A stretch of DNA of 64,000 bases. It comes from an uncultured Hormoscilla sp. (lineage in GTDB: Bacteria > Cyanobacteriota > Cyanobacteriia > Cyanobacteriales > Desertifilaceae). Below are positions 9,590 to 20,541 of the stretch, piece after piece. A program made the position numbers and the translations under genes. The notes beneath the pieces are model-generated. The model was not told the DNA's origin and ran no database searches. It was given only the letters and a program-made list of their open reading frames with translations. How positions within the stretch are numbered: the first letter of the stretch is position 1; each line of letters opens with the position of its first letter. Location: contig OZ001293.3 in NCBI GenBank assembly GCA_963921275.4, positions 1,600,001 to 1,664,000 of the forward strand, in the 5' to 3' direction.

Positions 9590-10561
9590 CTAATATATAC
9601 GAATCAAAACGTAATCAGCCAGGTCCCTTAGAGCTTGGCGAGAGTCAGAGGGTGGTAAAGAAGCTAAACAATCGATAGCGCTACTGGCGTGGTATGCAGC
9701 TAATTCCTGAGAACGCTTGATGCCATTACTTTCTTTAATCACAGCCACAGCCTTTTCCAAGTCTTCTGATTGAGTGAACTCTTGGGAAATCATTGCTTCC
9801 AGGTAGGGTTTTTCTTCCAGAGCATATAAGACTGGTGCTGTCAAGTTTCCACTACATAGGTCCGAACCTGCTGGTTTTCCTAAAGTTTTAGTTGAACCAG
9901 TGAAATCGAGAATATCATCGACAACTTGGAAAGCCAGTCCCAGATGACGGCCATATTGATATAAATTTTCCGCTATTTCCGGAGACACCTCACTGAGTAC
10001 TGCGGCAGCCTTACAGCTATTAGCAATCAAAGAAGCCGTTTTATAATAACTCTTTTCCAGGTAAGCCTCAATTGACAAACTGGTATCAAATCGATTTAGT
10101 CCCTGTCGAATTTCCCCTTCCGCCAGATCCATAATCACCTCTGATAGCAGTTTGACCACCTCCAGGTTATCCAAGGAAGCCAAATACCAGGAAGATTGGG
10201 CGAACAGGAAATCTCCTGCTAACACTGCGATGCGGTTGCCAAAACGGCTATGTACCGTCGGTATGCCGCGACGCACTTCTGAAGAGTCCACCACATCATC
10301 ATGTACCAGACTAGCCGTGTGGATCATCTCTGTAATTTCCGCCAGCTTTCTGTGGCGTTGGGTAATATCCTGGTTCGGCATTGTTGTCCGCGAGACCAAC
10401 AGGACTATCGCCGGTCTTACCCCTTTTCCCTCTGCGCCGAATAGGTGTTCTGCCGCTGCGTACAGGATCGGGTGACGAGCAGGAACAAGCTGCTTCAAGT
10501 TTTCCGTCAGCAAAAGCAGGTCTGCTTCCACCGGATAAAATATTTTTGTGCGATCGGTCAT
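9590..10561 (-). CDS. sds: Solanesyl diphosphate synthase
   Basis: SLVHDDVVD and FQVVDDILD motifs, plus KTASL. Confidence 0.92.
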   Translation of the reverse strand: MTDRTKIFYPVEADLLLLTENLKQLVPARHPILYAAAEHLFGAEGKGVRPAIVLLVSRTTMPNQDITQRHRKLAEITEMIHTASLVHDDVVDSSEVRRGIPTVHSRFGNRIAVLAGDFLFAQSSWYLASLDNLEVVKLLSEVIMDLAEGEIRQGLNRFDTSLSIEAYLEKSYYKTASLIANSCKAAAVLSEVSPEIAENLYQYGRHLGLAFQVVDDILDFTGSTKTLGKPAGSDLCSGNLTAPVLYALEEKPYLEAMISQEFTQSEDLEKAVAVIKESNGIKRSQELAAYHASSAIDCLASLPPSDSRQALRDLADYVLIRIY

Positions 10562-11218
10562 GGATCAGCCGACTCTAGCGCTAGGTTACAAAAATTTACA
10601 TATTTACTCTATTCTAAGCCAAACCTGCGGCATCTGACAGCTAATATTAAGATTTGTTAACTTTTTCTCAAAATTAACTACAGCCGCAGGAAATTTTGTG
10701 TTATTTTAATTATTAAGGATTTCAAATTTCTTTAACCAGATCGAGACTGACCGGCGCTCATCGGAGATGACAGTTCAAACACTCGCGGTTGATCTAGGCA
10801 ATCACAAACTTCCTTTTCAAGGTGGTTGTCAAGTCCTCAGTCCAGTTATGAAGTCAAAGGTCTTAAGTCTGATGGACCTAGTAAATTGCGGCTATGATAT
10901 CTGTGGGTTATCCACAGGTTAAATTATTCTGGCCGTAAGCATATACCGGCGTCAGTGTTAGTCAAGGGCGAGGTTTGGCGATCCATATAATTTGAAATAC
11001 CCTAACCGTTTGCTCTCCGCTATCCGTGTAACTGTGCTATGACTTACAAAGATCTTCCCCTGATAATTCCCGTTCTGGCCACGGCTTATATCTGTGTAGT
11101 TTATCTGATATTAATTCTGGCACAACGAGGTGTCAAGTGGTCGCGAAGGACGATAAATCGTTCTGCTTCGCTAACGCGCAGTTCTGTCCGCTAGGGCGCG
11201 GGGCAGAATTTCGACAGA

Positions 11219-11643
11219 TCAGATTTGAGATTGCGCACGAGATGAGATCTCAGCTAGCTGGGCTCGAACTTTTGTGAGATTTACATGTTCCACCTTAATT
11301 GTACAACCTAGCCACTGAACTGACAATTGGGCAAACAGCTCCGGAGAGCCGCTGACTCCAAACCGGGTTGGTAAAAGAGAGCGCGAATTTCTGTATCCTA
11401 GTTCTTGAGCGGCGGCGGCAACTACATGTACAGCTGGGTCAACTAACTGCACTGAGTGGGGTAAAATCCGGCGGAGCACTGGACAAACTGTTGGATTTGG
11501 GCCAGTTCTCGGGTGCCATAGGGGAGTCGAGCCGTATCGGCAAAATAAAGAATCGACTCCCCAGATAGTTGCTGGTATATCTGTCTCAAAACAGTCAGAC
11601 CACCAACACCACTGTCAAAAATCCCAATCCGTCCGTTTTGCAT
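11219..11643 (-). pseudogene. murI: Glutamate racemase with a large internal deletion
   Basis: N-terminal RIGIFDSGVGGLTVL..YFADTARLPYG joined out of frame at about 11483 to C-terminal PVLRRILPHSVQLVDPA. Both catalytic Cys motifs are missing. Confidence 0.9.
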
Positions 11644-13603
11644 CTGTCTGTATTTTCTGTAACTTCCCAGGCCCGACATGACTAATTTGCCGCAGATACC
11701 GAACAATCCCCTCCGCGATCGCCTCAGCCATGCGGCGGCGGTAAGCCGGGTTACTTAATCTAGCCGCATCTTCAGCACCGGTTACAAACCCAGTTTCCAC
11801 TAAGACGGCGGGCATAGAAGTTTTCCTGAGAACGTAAAATCTAGCTCGCCGCACTCTCCGGTCTGGAATACCAGTGCGTCGCAGAATGCTGTCGTGGATA
11901 GTCCTGGCCAGGCGTCCGCCAGTGTCATAGTAATAGGTTTCTAGCCCATTCACATCGGGACGACTGAGACTAATCGCATTAGCGTGGATGCTGACAAATA
12001 AACTAGCATTTACCCGTTCGGCAAAATCCACCCGGGGCTGCAAGTCAATTTCCCGATCATCATAGCGAGTCATTACTGCTTGGATGCCTTGTCGCTGCAA
12101 GATTGTGGCCACGTGTCGGGAGATCTCCAAGACTACCTGTTTTTCTTGCAAGCCGCCAATGCCAATAGCACCAGGGTCTCCCCCACCATGACCGGGATCG
12201 ACCACCACGACAAGGCGCGAATTGTTTGTCCGACCAGGATTCCGAGGAGAAGGCCGTGGTTGAGATAAAGATGGATTAGGAGGTGGCACATCAATCACGA
12301 TCGGACCAGTGGTTCGATTCACCGGCGGGACTGTCAGATTTCTGGTGGCAATGGGTGACAGTAGCAGGGATATATCTTGACCAGACTGACTGAAATTTTC
12401 GATTGTGTAACCGAAAACTGGGCGCAAGGAAACCACTACTCTGTTAAGATCTGACTGCTCTATACTCAGGTGCGACAAGGGATCAGTTGAATTTAACTGG
12501 GGTGTTCTAGTTTGGCTACTCAGTCGTGCCCGAGAGATTGTCAGCTTGTAGACTGCGGGTGTTTCCCATCTACCCATAGCATTCACCGGGCGATCGGTCC
12601 TGATTATCAGTCGAGATCCAAACAGTTGAACCGACTGTATGGTAGCAGTTTGGTCAGACCCAGGATCGGCGCTAGCTAACTGTTCTCTAACTGGCCAAGT
12701 CTGACCGTCTGAGGGCAAGGCAGTACTGCGACGGTCCGGTAAGAGTATAATCGCGTTTCCACTAATCTGTGCCTGCCAATTGGGGCTATCTTCTGTGACA
12801 GAAAGAGTAATACGAGTAACGGCAGGTGAGGTTTCAACTTGAGAGAGTCTGACCTTTTTAACACCTTTGCTGTCGATCGATAATTCTCGCTGCCTCAGAT
12901 TAGGATCGATGCTTGCTCCCGGTAGGTCGATATTAATCTCCGTGCCATTTTTACTGCGCTCTACATTTTTAATTTCTGGAGTTTCCCCTCGGGTGCTAAT
13001 GAAAAAACCACCATGGGTCACCCGCAGATTCTCCACTTGAATTCTCGATCTAGGTATATCACTCTCCGATGTCCGTCGGGTAGTGCGAGTAGCGCTCCCG
13101 GCGGACATCATAGGGGCTGGTCGAGTACCAGGATTTAACGGTGGATCGAAAGGCTCCACCTCTAGCGGAGGATATACAGGTGGAGCCTGTGGGGCGGGAG
13201 GAGATAGATTTAAGGGTTGGGGAGTCGGTAATTGAACTAGCCACTGGCTCGGAGTAGCTCCTTGAAATCTGACTTGTTGTGGGTCGAGGGTATAACCCCG
13301 AATCAATTCAATCACAATCCTAGTAGTTCCAGGGGTAAACTGCCTCACCCGGACCGATCGAATCCCCGGTGTTTTCACCGGCTGCTCTTGCATGCTTCTC
13401 CCTAACCTAACTCCGGGTAAATCAATCACCAGACGAGTGGGGTTGAAGATCAGTTGCGCTCTGGGCTGAACGCGGCTGGATGTCGTAAACTCTAAGCGGT
13501 TGCGGTTAGCATCAAAGCGCCAAAACTGTAAGTTAGCCGCTTGTACGGGACTCGATAGCAGCCAAACACCTAGAGCACCAGATAATAGCCAATGGAATTT
13601 CAC
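11615..13603 (-). CDS. N-acetylmuramoyl-L-alanine amidase with AMIN domains (AmiC-type)
   Basis: Signal peptide; PTRLVIDLPG; VVVDPGHGGGDPGA, FVSIHANA and AVLVETGF. Confidence 0.92.
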   Translation of the reverse strand: MKFHWLLSGALGVWLLSSPVQAANLQFWRFDANRNRLEFTTSSRVQPRAQLIFNPTRLVIDLPGVRLGRSMQEQPVKTPGIRSVRVRQFTPGTTRIVIELIRGYTLDPQQVRFQGATPSQWLVQLPTPQPLNLSPPAPQAPPVYPPLEVEPFDPPLNPGTRPAPMMSAGSATRTTRRTSESDIPRSRIQVENLRVTHGGFFISTRGETPEIKNVERSKNGTEINIDLPGASIDPNLRQRELSIDSKGVKKVRLSQVETSPAVTRITLSVTEDSPNWQAQISGNAIILLPDRRSTALPSDGQTWPVREQLASADPGSDQTATIQSVQLFGSRLIIRTDRPVNAMGRWETPAVYKLTISRARLSSQTRTPQLNSTDPLSHLSIEQSDLNRVVVSLRPVFGYTIENFSQSGQDISLLLSPIATRNLTVPPVNRTTGPIVIDVPPPNPSLSQPRPSPRNPGRTNNSRLVVVVDPGHGGGDPGAIGIGGLQEKQVVLEISRHVATILQRQGIQAVMTRYDDREIDLQPRVDFAERVNASLFVSIHANAISLSRPDVNGLETYYYDTGGRLARTIHDSILRRTGIPDRRVRRARFYVLRKTSMPAVLVETGFVTGAEDAARLSNPAYRRRMAEAIAEGIVRYLRQISHVGPGKLQKIQTDAKRTDWDF

Positions 13604-13699
13604 GAACCGCTCCTCTTTTTTGTCAAAACTCCTCGGTCATTGGTCATTAGATGTTTCTGACCAATGCTAAGGCAAAAACCACAAAACCTGATGACGTTG

Positions 13700-15235
13700 C
13701 TACTTACTTCGATCTGACTCTTTGAGCGACTCCCTTAACTCTTGTTCCGATTGTTCCCGAACGGTAGCTGATACTTCTGCTTTGGGACTCTTTGGTGTCC
13801 CAGTAGGAGTTTCTGGCTTGGTGTCGGATGCTGGCAGGGTGAACACTACCCGCAATAAGGGCGGCGCTAGAAAGGTCGTCAAAATCACCATCATAATAAT
13901 TGCAGCTTGCAAGGGTTCTGAGAGGGCACCACTAGCCGAACCGACGCCTGCAAACACAAGTCCCACTTCCCCTCTGGGAATCATGCCGACGCCAATTGCC
14001 AGCCGGTTAATTTTGCCCGACGCGCCAAACACTGTCAATCCCGTAACTACCTTTCCTACAATTGCTACCACAATCAGGAAGCTAGCGATAATCAGACCCT
14101 CCCGATTACTGGGTACTGCTGGATTTAGCACTCCCAGATCGGTTTTAGCACCAACGGTAACAAAGAAAATTGGCGTGAACATATCGGCAACGGGAATGAT
14201 TTTCTCTTCCAGTTCTCGGCGCAGTTCCGTTTCTGCCAGAATCAGACCAGCAGTAAAGGAGCCAAGTATGGCTTCTAATTGAATCGCGTCTCCAATGTAG
14301 GACAGAATAAAGGTGAAAATGAGGGCAGCAATCAACAGCTGACCCCGCGTTTGCAGTCTTTTGACTAGCCCGACAAAATAGGGCATCAAAAAACGACCCA
14401 ATAAAATCGAGCCAATCAGGAAAACTCCAGCACTGATAATTAGATAGATGACGTTAGTGACTTCGATCTCACCTGTCTCGGCCAGAGAAGCTACCACGGC
14501 CAGAACGATTATACCGAGTACATCGTCTATCACCGCTGCGCCAATGATAATCTGACCTTCGGTAGAAGTAAGACGCTGTATTTCTGCTAGCACCTTAGCC
14601 GTAATGCCAATACTGGTGGCAGTCAGAGCAGCCCCGGCGAAAACGGCTGGGACTGTGGAGACATGAAATAGATAAATCAGCCCAGCTGTACCAGCAGCAA
14701 AGGGTACAATCACCCCAGTCACAGCCACGACTGTTGCGGTGGGTCCGGATTTAAGCAATTCCTTCAAATCTGATTCCAGACCAATTTCAAACAATAGCAG
14801 GATCACGCCCAGTTCCGATAAAACGGAAATGACTTCGCTGGAGGCTTCAAACACGCTGTTGGAGGTTTCTGGGGTGAGATTGGCTGTTCCTTGCAGGAAG
14901 ACCATAATCACGGAATCGGAACTTTGGGCCCCTCCTTCTGGAAAAACCAGCAAGTTCAAGGCAGATATGCCCACAACTACGCCGCCGACCAGTTCGCCTA
15001 AGACGGGGGGCAAGTCGATTCTGGCACAAATCTCGCCGCCGACTTTGCTAGCCAGGTAAATAACAACTAAACTCAGTAACACTGCTGCCAGTACCATGGA
15101 AGTGCTAGGGGGGGCTGCTGTTGGAGTTGCTGTTGCCAACAGGACTTGTCCGGGGGGCGCTCCTGGGATGAAGTTGGTTGGGGTGAAGGTAGTCATCCAG
15201 GCAATTGCATCAACCATTGGTTCCCTATAACTCAT
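13700..15235 (-). CDS. Cation/H+ antiporter, CPA2 family (NhaS3-like)
   Basis: Many TM helices; GAAVIDDVLG and GMIPRGEVGL motifs. Confidence 0.9.
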   Translation of the reverse strand: MSYREPMVDAIAWMTTFTPTNFIPGAPPGQVLLATATPTAAPPSTSMVLAAVLLSLVVIYLASKVGGEICARIDLPPVLGELVGGVVVGISALNLLVFPEGGAQSSDSVIMVFLQGTANLTPETSNSVFEASSEVISVLSELGVILLLFEIGLESDLKELLKSGPTATVVAVTGVIVPFAAGTAGLIYLFHVSTVPAVFAGAALTATSIGITAKVLAEIQRLTSTEGQIIIGAAVIDDVLGIIVLAVVASLAETGEIEVTNVIYLIISAGVFLIGSILLGRFLMPYFVGLVKRLQTRGQLLIAALIFTFILSYIGDAIQLEAILGSFTAGLILAETELRRELEEKIIPVADMFTPIFFVTVGAKTDLGVLNPAVPSNREGLIIASFLIVVAIVGKVVTGLTVFGASGKINRLAIGVGMIPRGEVGLVFAGVGSASGALSEPLQAAIIMMVILTTFLAPPLLRVVFTLPASDTKPETPTGTPKSPKAEVSATVREQSEQELRESLKESDRSK

Positions 15236-15318
15236 CGGGGTATACTGTACAGGTTTATTTACACATTGGGCGAAATTAGATTTACCAATCGGTCTATGGC
15301 TGCGCCCCCAGCGCAGCG

Positions 15319-16134
15319 CTATCGGCCGAACACCCGATGCTTTAATGCAGGCATCTGACGCCGCACTTGTTGCAGGCGTGAGGGGTCAATGTTAGCGCAC
15401 GCCACTCCTGGCGCTTCCCCAGCATCGGCGAGAATCATCCCCCAAGGGTCAATAATCATGGCGTGGCCGTGAGTTTGGCGCAAGGCATAATTGTTCCCAG
15501 TTTGGGCGGGGGCGATAACGTAGCAGGTGTTTTCGATCGCTCTTGCTTGCAGCAGTACTTGCCAATGGTCTTTGCCCGTGTAGGCGGTGAAAGCTGCTGG
15601 TACAAACAAGATATCTGCACCTTTTGATGACAGATGCCGGTACAGTTCCGGAAACCTGACATCATAGCATACGGAGAGTCCCATCACGCCTAAGGATGCG
15701 CAAGCGTAGACTGGCGGCAACTGGGTTCCTGGTTGGACTGTTAAAGATTCGCGATAGGTGTTGCCGTCGGGGAGGTTCACGTCAAACAAATGGACTTTCT
15801 GGTAACGGGCTACTTCGCTGCCAGTTGAGTCTATTAATAAAGCTGTATTATAGACTTTGTCTGTGTCTACCGGTACGGGAAAGCCTCCGCCGAGGATAGT
15901 AATTTGGTACCGCTGCGCCATGATCTGAAGAAATTTTTCGCTCTCTTGGGCAATTATTGCCGCCTGAGCCAGTTTTTCTGACTCGCTGCCCAAGAAGGGA
16001 AAGTTTTCTGGTAAAGTTACCAGTTCGGCTCCCTGATTCACGGCTAGATCTATCAGTTCTTCTGCCTGTACCAGGTTTTTTTCCAGGTCCGGCACGCTGG
16101 TCATTTGAATGGCGGCGGCTAAATACGACTTCAT
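15319..16134 (-). CDS. Carbon-nitrogen hydrolase (Nit1-like amidase)
   Basis: Catalytic triad motifs LPEN, YQKVHLFD and SVCYDVRFPE; ARAIEN. Confidence 0.92.
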   Translation of the reverse strand: MKSYLAAAIQMTSVPDLEKNLVQAEELIDLAVNQGAELVTLPENFPFLGSESEKLAQAAIIAQESEKFLQIMAQRYQITILGGGFPVPVDTDKVYNTALLIDSTGSEVARYQKVHLFDVNLPDGNTYRESLTVQPGTQLPPVYACASLGVMGLSVCYDVRFPELYRHLSSKGADILFVPAAFTAYTGKDHWQVLLQARAIENTCYVIAPAQTGNNYALRQTHGHAMIIDPWGMILADAGEAPGVACANIDPSRLQQVRRQMPALKHRVFGR

Positions 16135-17325
16135 TTGTAACGGTGGAGCTTGTGAGGAACAGATTTATTTAGCATATCTCTTCTGCTGTCAATCCCATAG
16201 AGTTGCCCCGCGACCACCGCGCTAACACCGGCGATACAGAGTCCACCTGGGACAGCCCCACGGGAATGAGACCATGCTCTGAGTGGGAGATGACTACTCT
16301 GTAAACTAAGTAGTCAGTTGTTAGTTGTCAGTTGTCAGTATACAAGATACCCGAAATTCCCACATATAAATGGTTTAAGCTAGTTTAACAAAATTTTACA
16401 CGGGTTAAAACCCTTATTATCTACTATCATTTTCGCGAGCGAGCTGTTATTTATTCAAATATTAAATCTTTATTTCGATATCACTTGATTCCTTTATTTT
16501 TCTTAACATTTTAGATAGATTAATTATCTAATGAGGAAAATTTTAATAGATCGCATTCAATGAGATAGTAACGTGAGTTCGACGAAGCTTAAACGCGCTC
16601 TCCAAAAGCCAGTCCTAACTTCACCGAATCCAGGCAGCAGCAAGCAATTGTCAATACTTAAATACTACATTGAGGAATTTTTCAACTAGCAGCGATTGTT
16701 GAGAACAGCCGAAGGGATCGCGGCCTTGCAGAATTTTTTGTTTGAGTTCAAGGACTTGTACGGTTATCTGCCGGTCCCCTATGGCCAGAGTCGGGCGATC
16801 GAGGGTGAGAGTTTTTCCCAAAAAGAAGTCACCAGACCTATAATAAAGATAGTTTTCACGAGGTCTGATGTTATGGAAATTAAAAATCCTCTTGATCTTA
16901 CTCAAATTTTTGGCGACGTGGATGATTTTTGCCAAAATGAGAGAATACTACTGGCAGCAGCAACCGCTGTTGACTTCAATAACCGGGCTCGGTGAAAAAT
17001 TATGCCGTTCAAGAATGAGTTTGAGGGAAGTGATGACCATGGCAATTGCTTTTCTAGGTTGCTGGCTTTAGAAATTTAGGTGAGTTTTATACTCTACAAG
17101 TAATCCCCCACTGGCCTAAGGCAATCCCTGTATCTGGTCAGTTATAATCCTTTTGTAGATGCCTTGGTCATTAATGTTGTTGTGTTGTTTTTGACAGACT
17201 ATAAGGGGTCAAATTACTGGTATTAGTTTCGTTGATTCGACTCCAATTGAAGTCTGTCATCCCTGCCGTTCCAAGTCTCATAAGGTATTTGAGGGTTTAG
17301 TTGGTTGGGGAAAAAATTCTCTGGG

Positions 17326-17381
17326 CGATATCACTTGACAGCCATGAGCTCCTATCGTCTCATGGCTGTCAAGTGATATCG
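17326..17381. repeat. Perfect 23-bp inverted repeat (hairpin) inserted in the IS982 transposase
   Basis: CGATATCACTTGACAGCCATGAG-10 nt-CTCATGGCTGTCAAGTGATATCG. Confidence 0.85.
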
Positions 17382-17594
17382 GGATGGCACTAGGGAAACA
17401 AAGCTGCATCTAATTATTAATGATCAAGGAGAACTGCTTGCATTTAAGCTCACACGGGCGCAATGTTGACGAGCGCAAACCGGGACCTGACTTAACCAAA
17501 GATATAATCGGTAAACTATTTGGAGAGCGTGGATATATTCCCCAAGAGTTATTTGAGAAATTATAGGAGGGAGGTTTAGCAACTGATTACCAGT

Positions 17595-17712
17595 CGGTGT
17601 CTCCTATGCATGTGCGATCGCCCAGGCCCATGTGCAGGGCATGTAGCGCGCTGCCGAAACGTGGGTAGTGCTCAACCGCGCTCCCACGTTTCGGCAGCAC
17701 CAGGAGACACCG
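17595..17712. repeat. Nested palindromic element inserted in the IS982 transposase
   Basis: Outer IR CGGTGTCTCCT..AGGAGACACCG, related to 998-1072. Inner IR GCTGCCGAAACGTGGG..CCCACGTTTCGGCAGC. Confidence 0.75.
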
Positions 17713-18316
17713 AAGCAAGAAAAATATGAAACAGAAATTAATTAAGTTAATAGATAAAATTTGATTGCGGAAACGGGTCTTAATTTAAACAGTTAATGAC
17801 CCCCCTTAGAACATCTTTAAAATCGAACATTCCCGCCACAGAGTGGAATTTTTTAGTCAATCTTTTGGCTGGATTAACAGCTTACACCTATTTACCTAAA
17901 AAACCATCCCTCGATTTAATACCAAAAGGCTTACCTGCTCTACCTCCGGCTGTGTTTTAACTCTTCTAGAGGGAGCTCGTCCTGAGCAGAAGTAGTGAGT
18001 ATTTTTGCTGTTTGCAACAAGAGCACATGCTACAGGATATAGTACTGACAACTAACAACTGACAACTGTCGAACTGACGTGATAGTAAATTGACATACAC
18101 CAGTTGAATCTCTCATACTTCTTTGAGGTTTTAGATTGCCAAACTCTCTCGTCGAGAGAGTTTCAGGTATTATCTGTAGCAATATTTGGGTTAAATGAGA
18201 TCGGCCTACAGTGAGGCGATCGCACTTTCCCGACTAGATTACCAGTCCTAAAACTTCTCTTTATTCCCGAAAATATTGAGCCAATTAAGAAAAAATCAGA
18301 AAGATAGAAAAATCTA

Positions 18317-18325
18317 TGTTACAAT
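18317..18325 (+). promoter_or_regulatory. Extended -10 promoter (TGTTACAAT)
   Basis: TGn-TACAAT at the end of an A-rich tract, just before the structured segment. Confidence 0.5.
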
Positions 18326-18344
18326 GCCAATAAGATCGCGCCCC

Positions 18345-18635
18345 GTACCCGCCGCGTGCCAACTGTTTGGGCTGCACTAGATGGGATGAGCAATCATACT
18401 CAGTTATTAGAGAATAGGGCATCTGATTAAACGAGTCTCAAGCTTCCACTTGGGGTAAGCTTGAGTGGTAGGCTGACGTGGCCCACCCCCTGTTTGCCAG
18501 AAAGGGAAGGGTTGTGGTGACGAGGTCGGTGACTTAAGAGACATGCAACCAGAGGGTAGCATTACCACTGACAAGCAAATTCCTCCATTAAAGATACAGG
18601 TACTCTCACATGGATTTGGCATCCCATCAGTTTAT
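18345..18635 (+). ncRNA. Candidate large structured non-coding RNA (family not recognised)
   Basis: Closing helix GATGGGATG (18380-88)/CATCCCATC (18620-28). Hairpin CTCAAGCTT/AAGCTTGAG (18437-65). Nested stems TGGTAGGCT/AGCATTACCA and GGTTGTG/TGCAACC. No credible ORF. Confidence 0.5.
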
Positions 18636-18663
18636 CTCCTATTTTGAACCAGAACAAGTATCC

Positions 18664-19645
18664 GGGTGCATCTCACTTTTGCATCTGTGACCTATCATAG
18701 AATTTTATCTATGATAAAATTTATTGGCTTTGGCCAAGGATGCATCTTACTTTTGCAAAAACATCATGTAGAAAGGGTCCCATTTATATAAGCACAACGT
18801 AAAGAAAGTATTTGGGGAAGGTTGGATATATTCCATTGAGCCCCTGAAATTTTTATCCGTGTTCCCATACGTTTAATCACTGATTCTATTGAACCAGAAC
18901 CGATAGAACTCACTGATTCTAACTGATAATACTGATAATCAATTATTCGAGAACGATGTTTTTCCAAATAATTACATAAATTCTGAGTTTCTTTTTGATC
19001 CGATTGAATAATAGTATTGTTTCATCAACTTTTCCCGACCAGAGGAGATTTTTAGCTTTTTTTATCCTCGTAGCCTCCTACTTTATGAAGATTTTCCTTG
19101 AGATGATACCAATCTAATATTTCTCTTCTCTTGCCTGGTTCGCCTATCTGTTTAAATAATTTCCAAATTCCTGCATGTCCATCTCCTAGACAATAAAATG
19201 GAGCCAAAAGTTTTTGACAATTTACCCAATCAAGTTGGCTCTTCTTGAAAAAATGCTCCGCAATATATCCCACTGACTGCTTTATAATCTTTCCATTCAC
19301 AAGCTTGTCCTTTTTCTTCTGTTCTAATCCTTGCTTTTCCACCAGGCGACTTCTTTCACTCCCAATACTGATGTTGGCAACTCAAAATCCTGCCTTTGAA
19401 CTAATCTATGTAATGTACTATGACTAATTTTTATTCCCGTGAGCTCTGCTAAATCATCTTCAGTTTTTTGATTCATTCGCACAACATAGCATTTTTCTCC
19501 ATTTTGGGACTGTATTTCACATGAGACTTCAAAATAATTAGCTTGTCGATTGGTGATTGATATCTTTCCCTGTTGTCAATTGACGTTTTTTTCCTGTTTT
19601 TATCCCCGTATTCAATAATTTGTGAGTTCTGGACCCACTCTTTCG
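18664..19645 (-). mobile_element. ISKra4-family transposase remnant (frameshifted, 5'-truncated)
   Basis: Fragments CLGDGHAGIWKLF..EILDWYHLKENL, HRSRIIDYQYYQ..SIGSGSIES..RIKISGAQW and HSTLHRLVQRQ. End-like sequences GG(G/A)TGCATCT(C/T)ACTTTTGCA at 18664 and 18738. Confidence 0.8.
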
Positions 19646-20463
19646 AGAAGCTTCTTAACCAGTTGGCTGCACTGGAAGCGCAGCTGCGGGACACCCAGTT
19701 CCTGGCGCCTTGCGTGCGTGGGGGTTCGGTGCTCGCGAATGTGGCTGGTATTGTCTACAGCTTCACGCCCAAGCCCCGCAAATTTGAGGGTTGGGGCATC
19801 TTTCAGCCGGTGGATTCCAAAACTGCCGAAGTTGTCGAAGAACCTAGCTTATCCCAACTAGGGGAATATCTCAATTTGCTCAAACCTCTGCGTCTGCGCC
19901 TCGTATACAAATTGCTTGGACAAACTTGGCTAGCTTATCCAGTCAATGAGTCCGATGCCCGACAGCGGTTTGGTAAAGTTAAGCCAGTGCCGGTGCATCT
20001 TGTGAGTGAAGGGGGACAATTTGAACAAATCATTGCCCGTGTCGATGGCAGGTCTTGGTGGTTTGAAGAGATCGATCGCCGTGCGGATCCACTGGTGATG
20101 GAAAAGTTGACAGAGCAACTTAAGCAGGTAACGGCACCCGAGGAGATCCAGTTCAAGGGGATGACGCCGGAAATGCGGACTGTTTACCAGATGGCTGCGT
20201 CGCGGGTGAAGGATTTTCAGACTGCAAGTGATGAGAAAAGTTTGCAGAAGGCGTTGCGGCAAGGTGGCGGCGAGTTACAAGACTTTTCCGATAAAGGTGA
20301 TTTCTGGCGGGTGGAGTGGACGACGGCGGATGGTACACGCCATAATTCTGCTATTGGCAAGCATGACTTAACGGTGATTAGTTCTGGGATTTGTTTGAGT
20401 GGGCGCGATCGGGATTTTGATCTGCAATCTTTGGTAGGAGTGATGAAAGGACGAGACCGCTGA
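19646..20463 (+). pseudogene. Uncharacterised conserved protein whose native start was probably removed by the adjacent ISKra4
   Basis: Clean ORF KLLNQLAALEAQLRDTQFLAPCV..EGWGIFQP..TWLAYPVNESDARQR..DLTVISSGICLSGRDRDFDLQSLVGV. The in-frame N-terminal extension 19573-19645 is IS sequence read on the opposite strand. Confidence 0.65.
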
Positions 20464-20541
20464 AGATGCGTGAGGGGGCGTCTCGTCCGCCCTACATCCC
20501 CATTATTTTGAGGCTACACTAGGCTGCTTGAGAACTCCCGA

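Larger units (their letters stand above)
16571..18080 (+). mobile_element. IS982-family element with a degenerate transposase and nested hairpin insertions
   Basis: TIRs ACGTGAGTTCGAC / GTCGAACTGACGT and 7-bp TSD GATAGTA (16564-70, 18081-87). Transposase fragments LTQIFGDVDDFC, ISFVDSTPIEVCHP, KLHLIINDQGELLAFKLT, GKLFGERGYI. Confidence 0.88.

Noticed and set aside
10901..10917. oriC, from the DnaA box TTATCCACA (10908-10916) inside a short palindrome
   Set aside because: It is a single box with no cluster and no dnaA/dnaN context.
16190..16305. Possible ncRNA or riboswitch upstream of the nitrilase-family gene
   Set aside because: GC-rich, but I could not find a convincing stem architecture or known motif.
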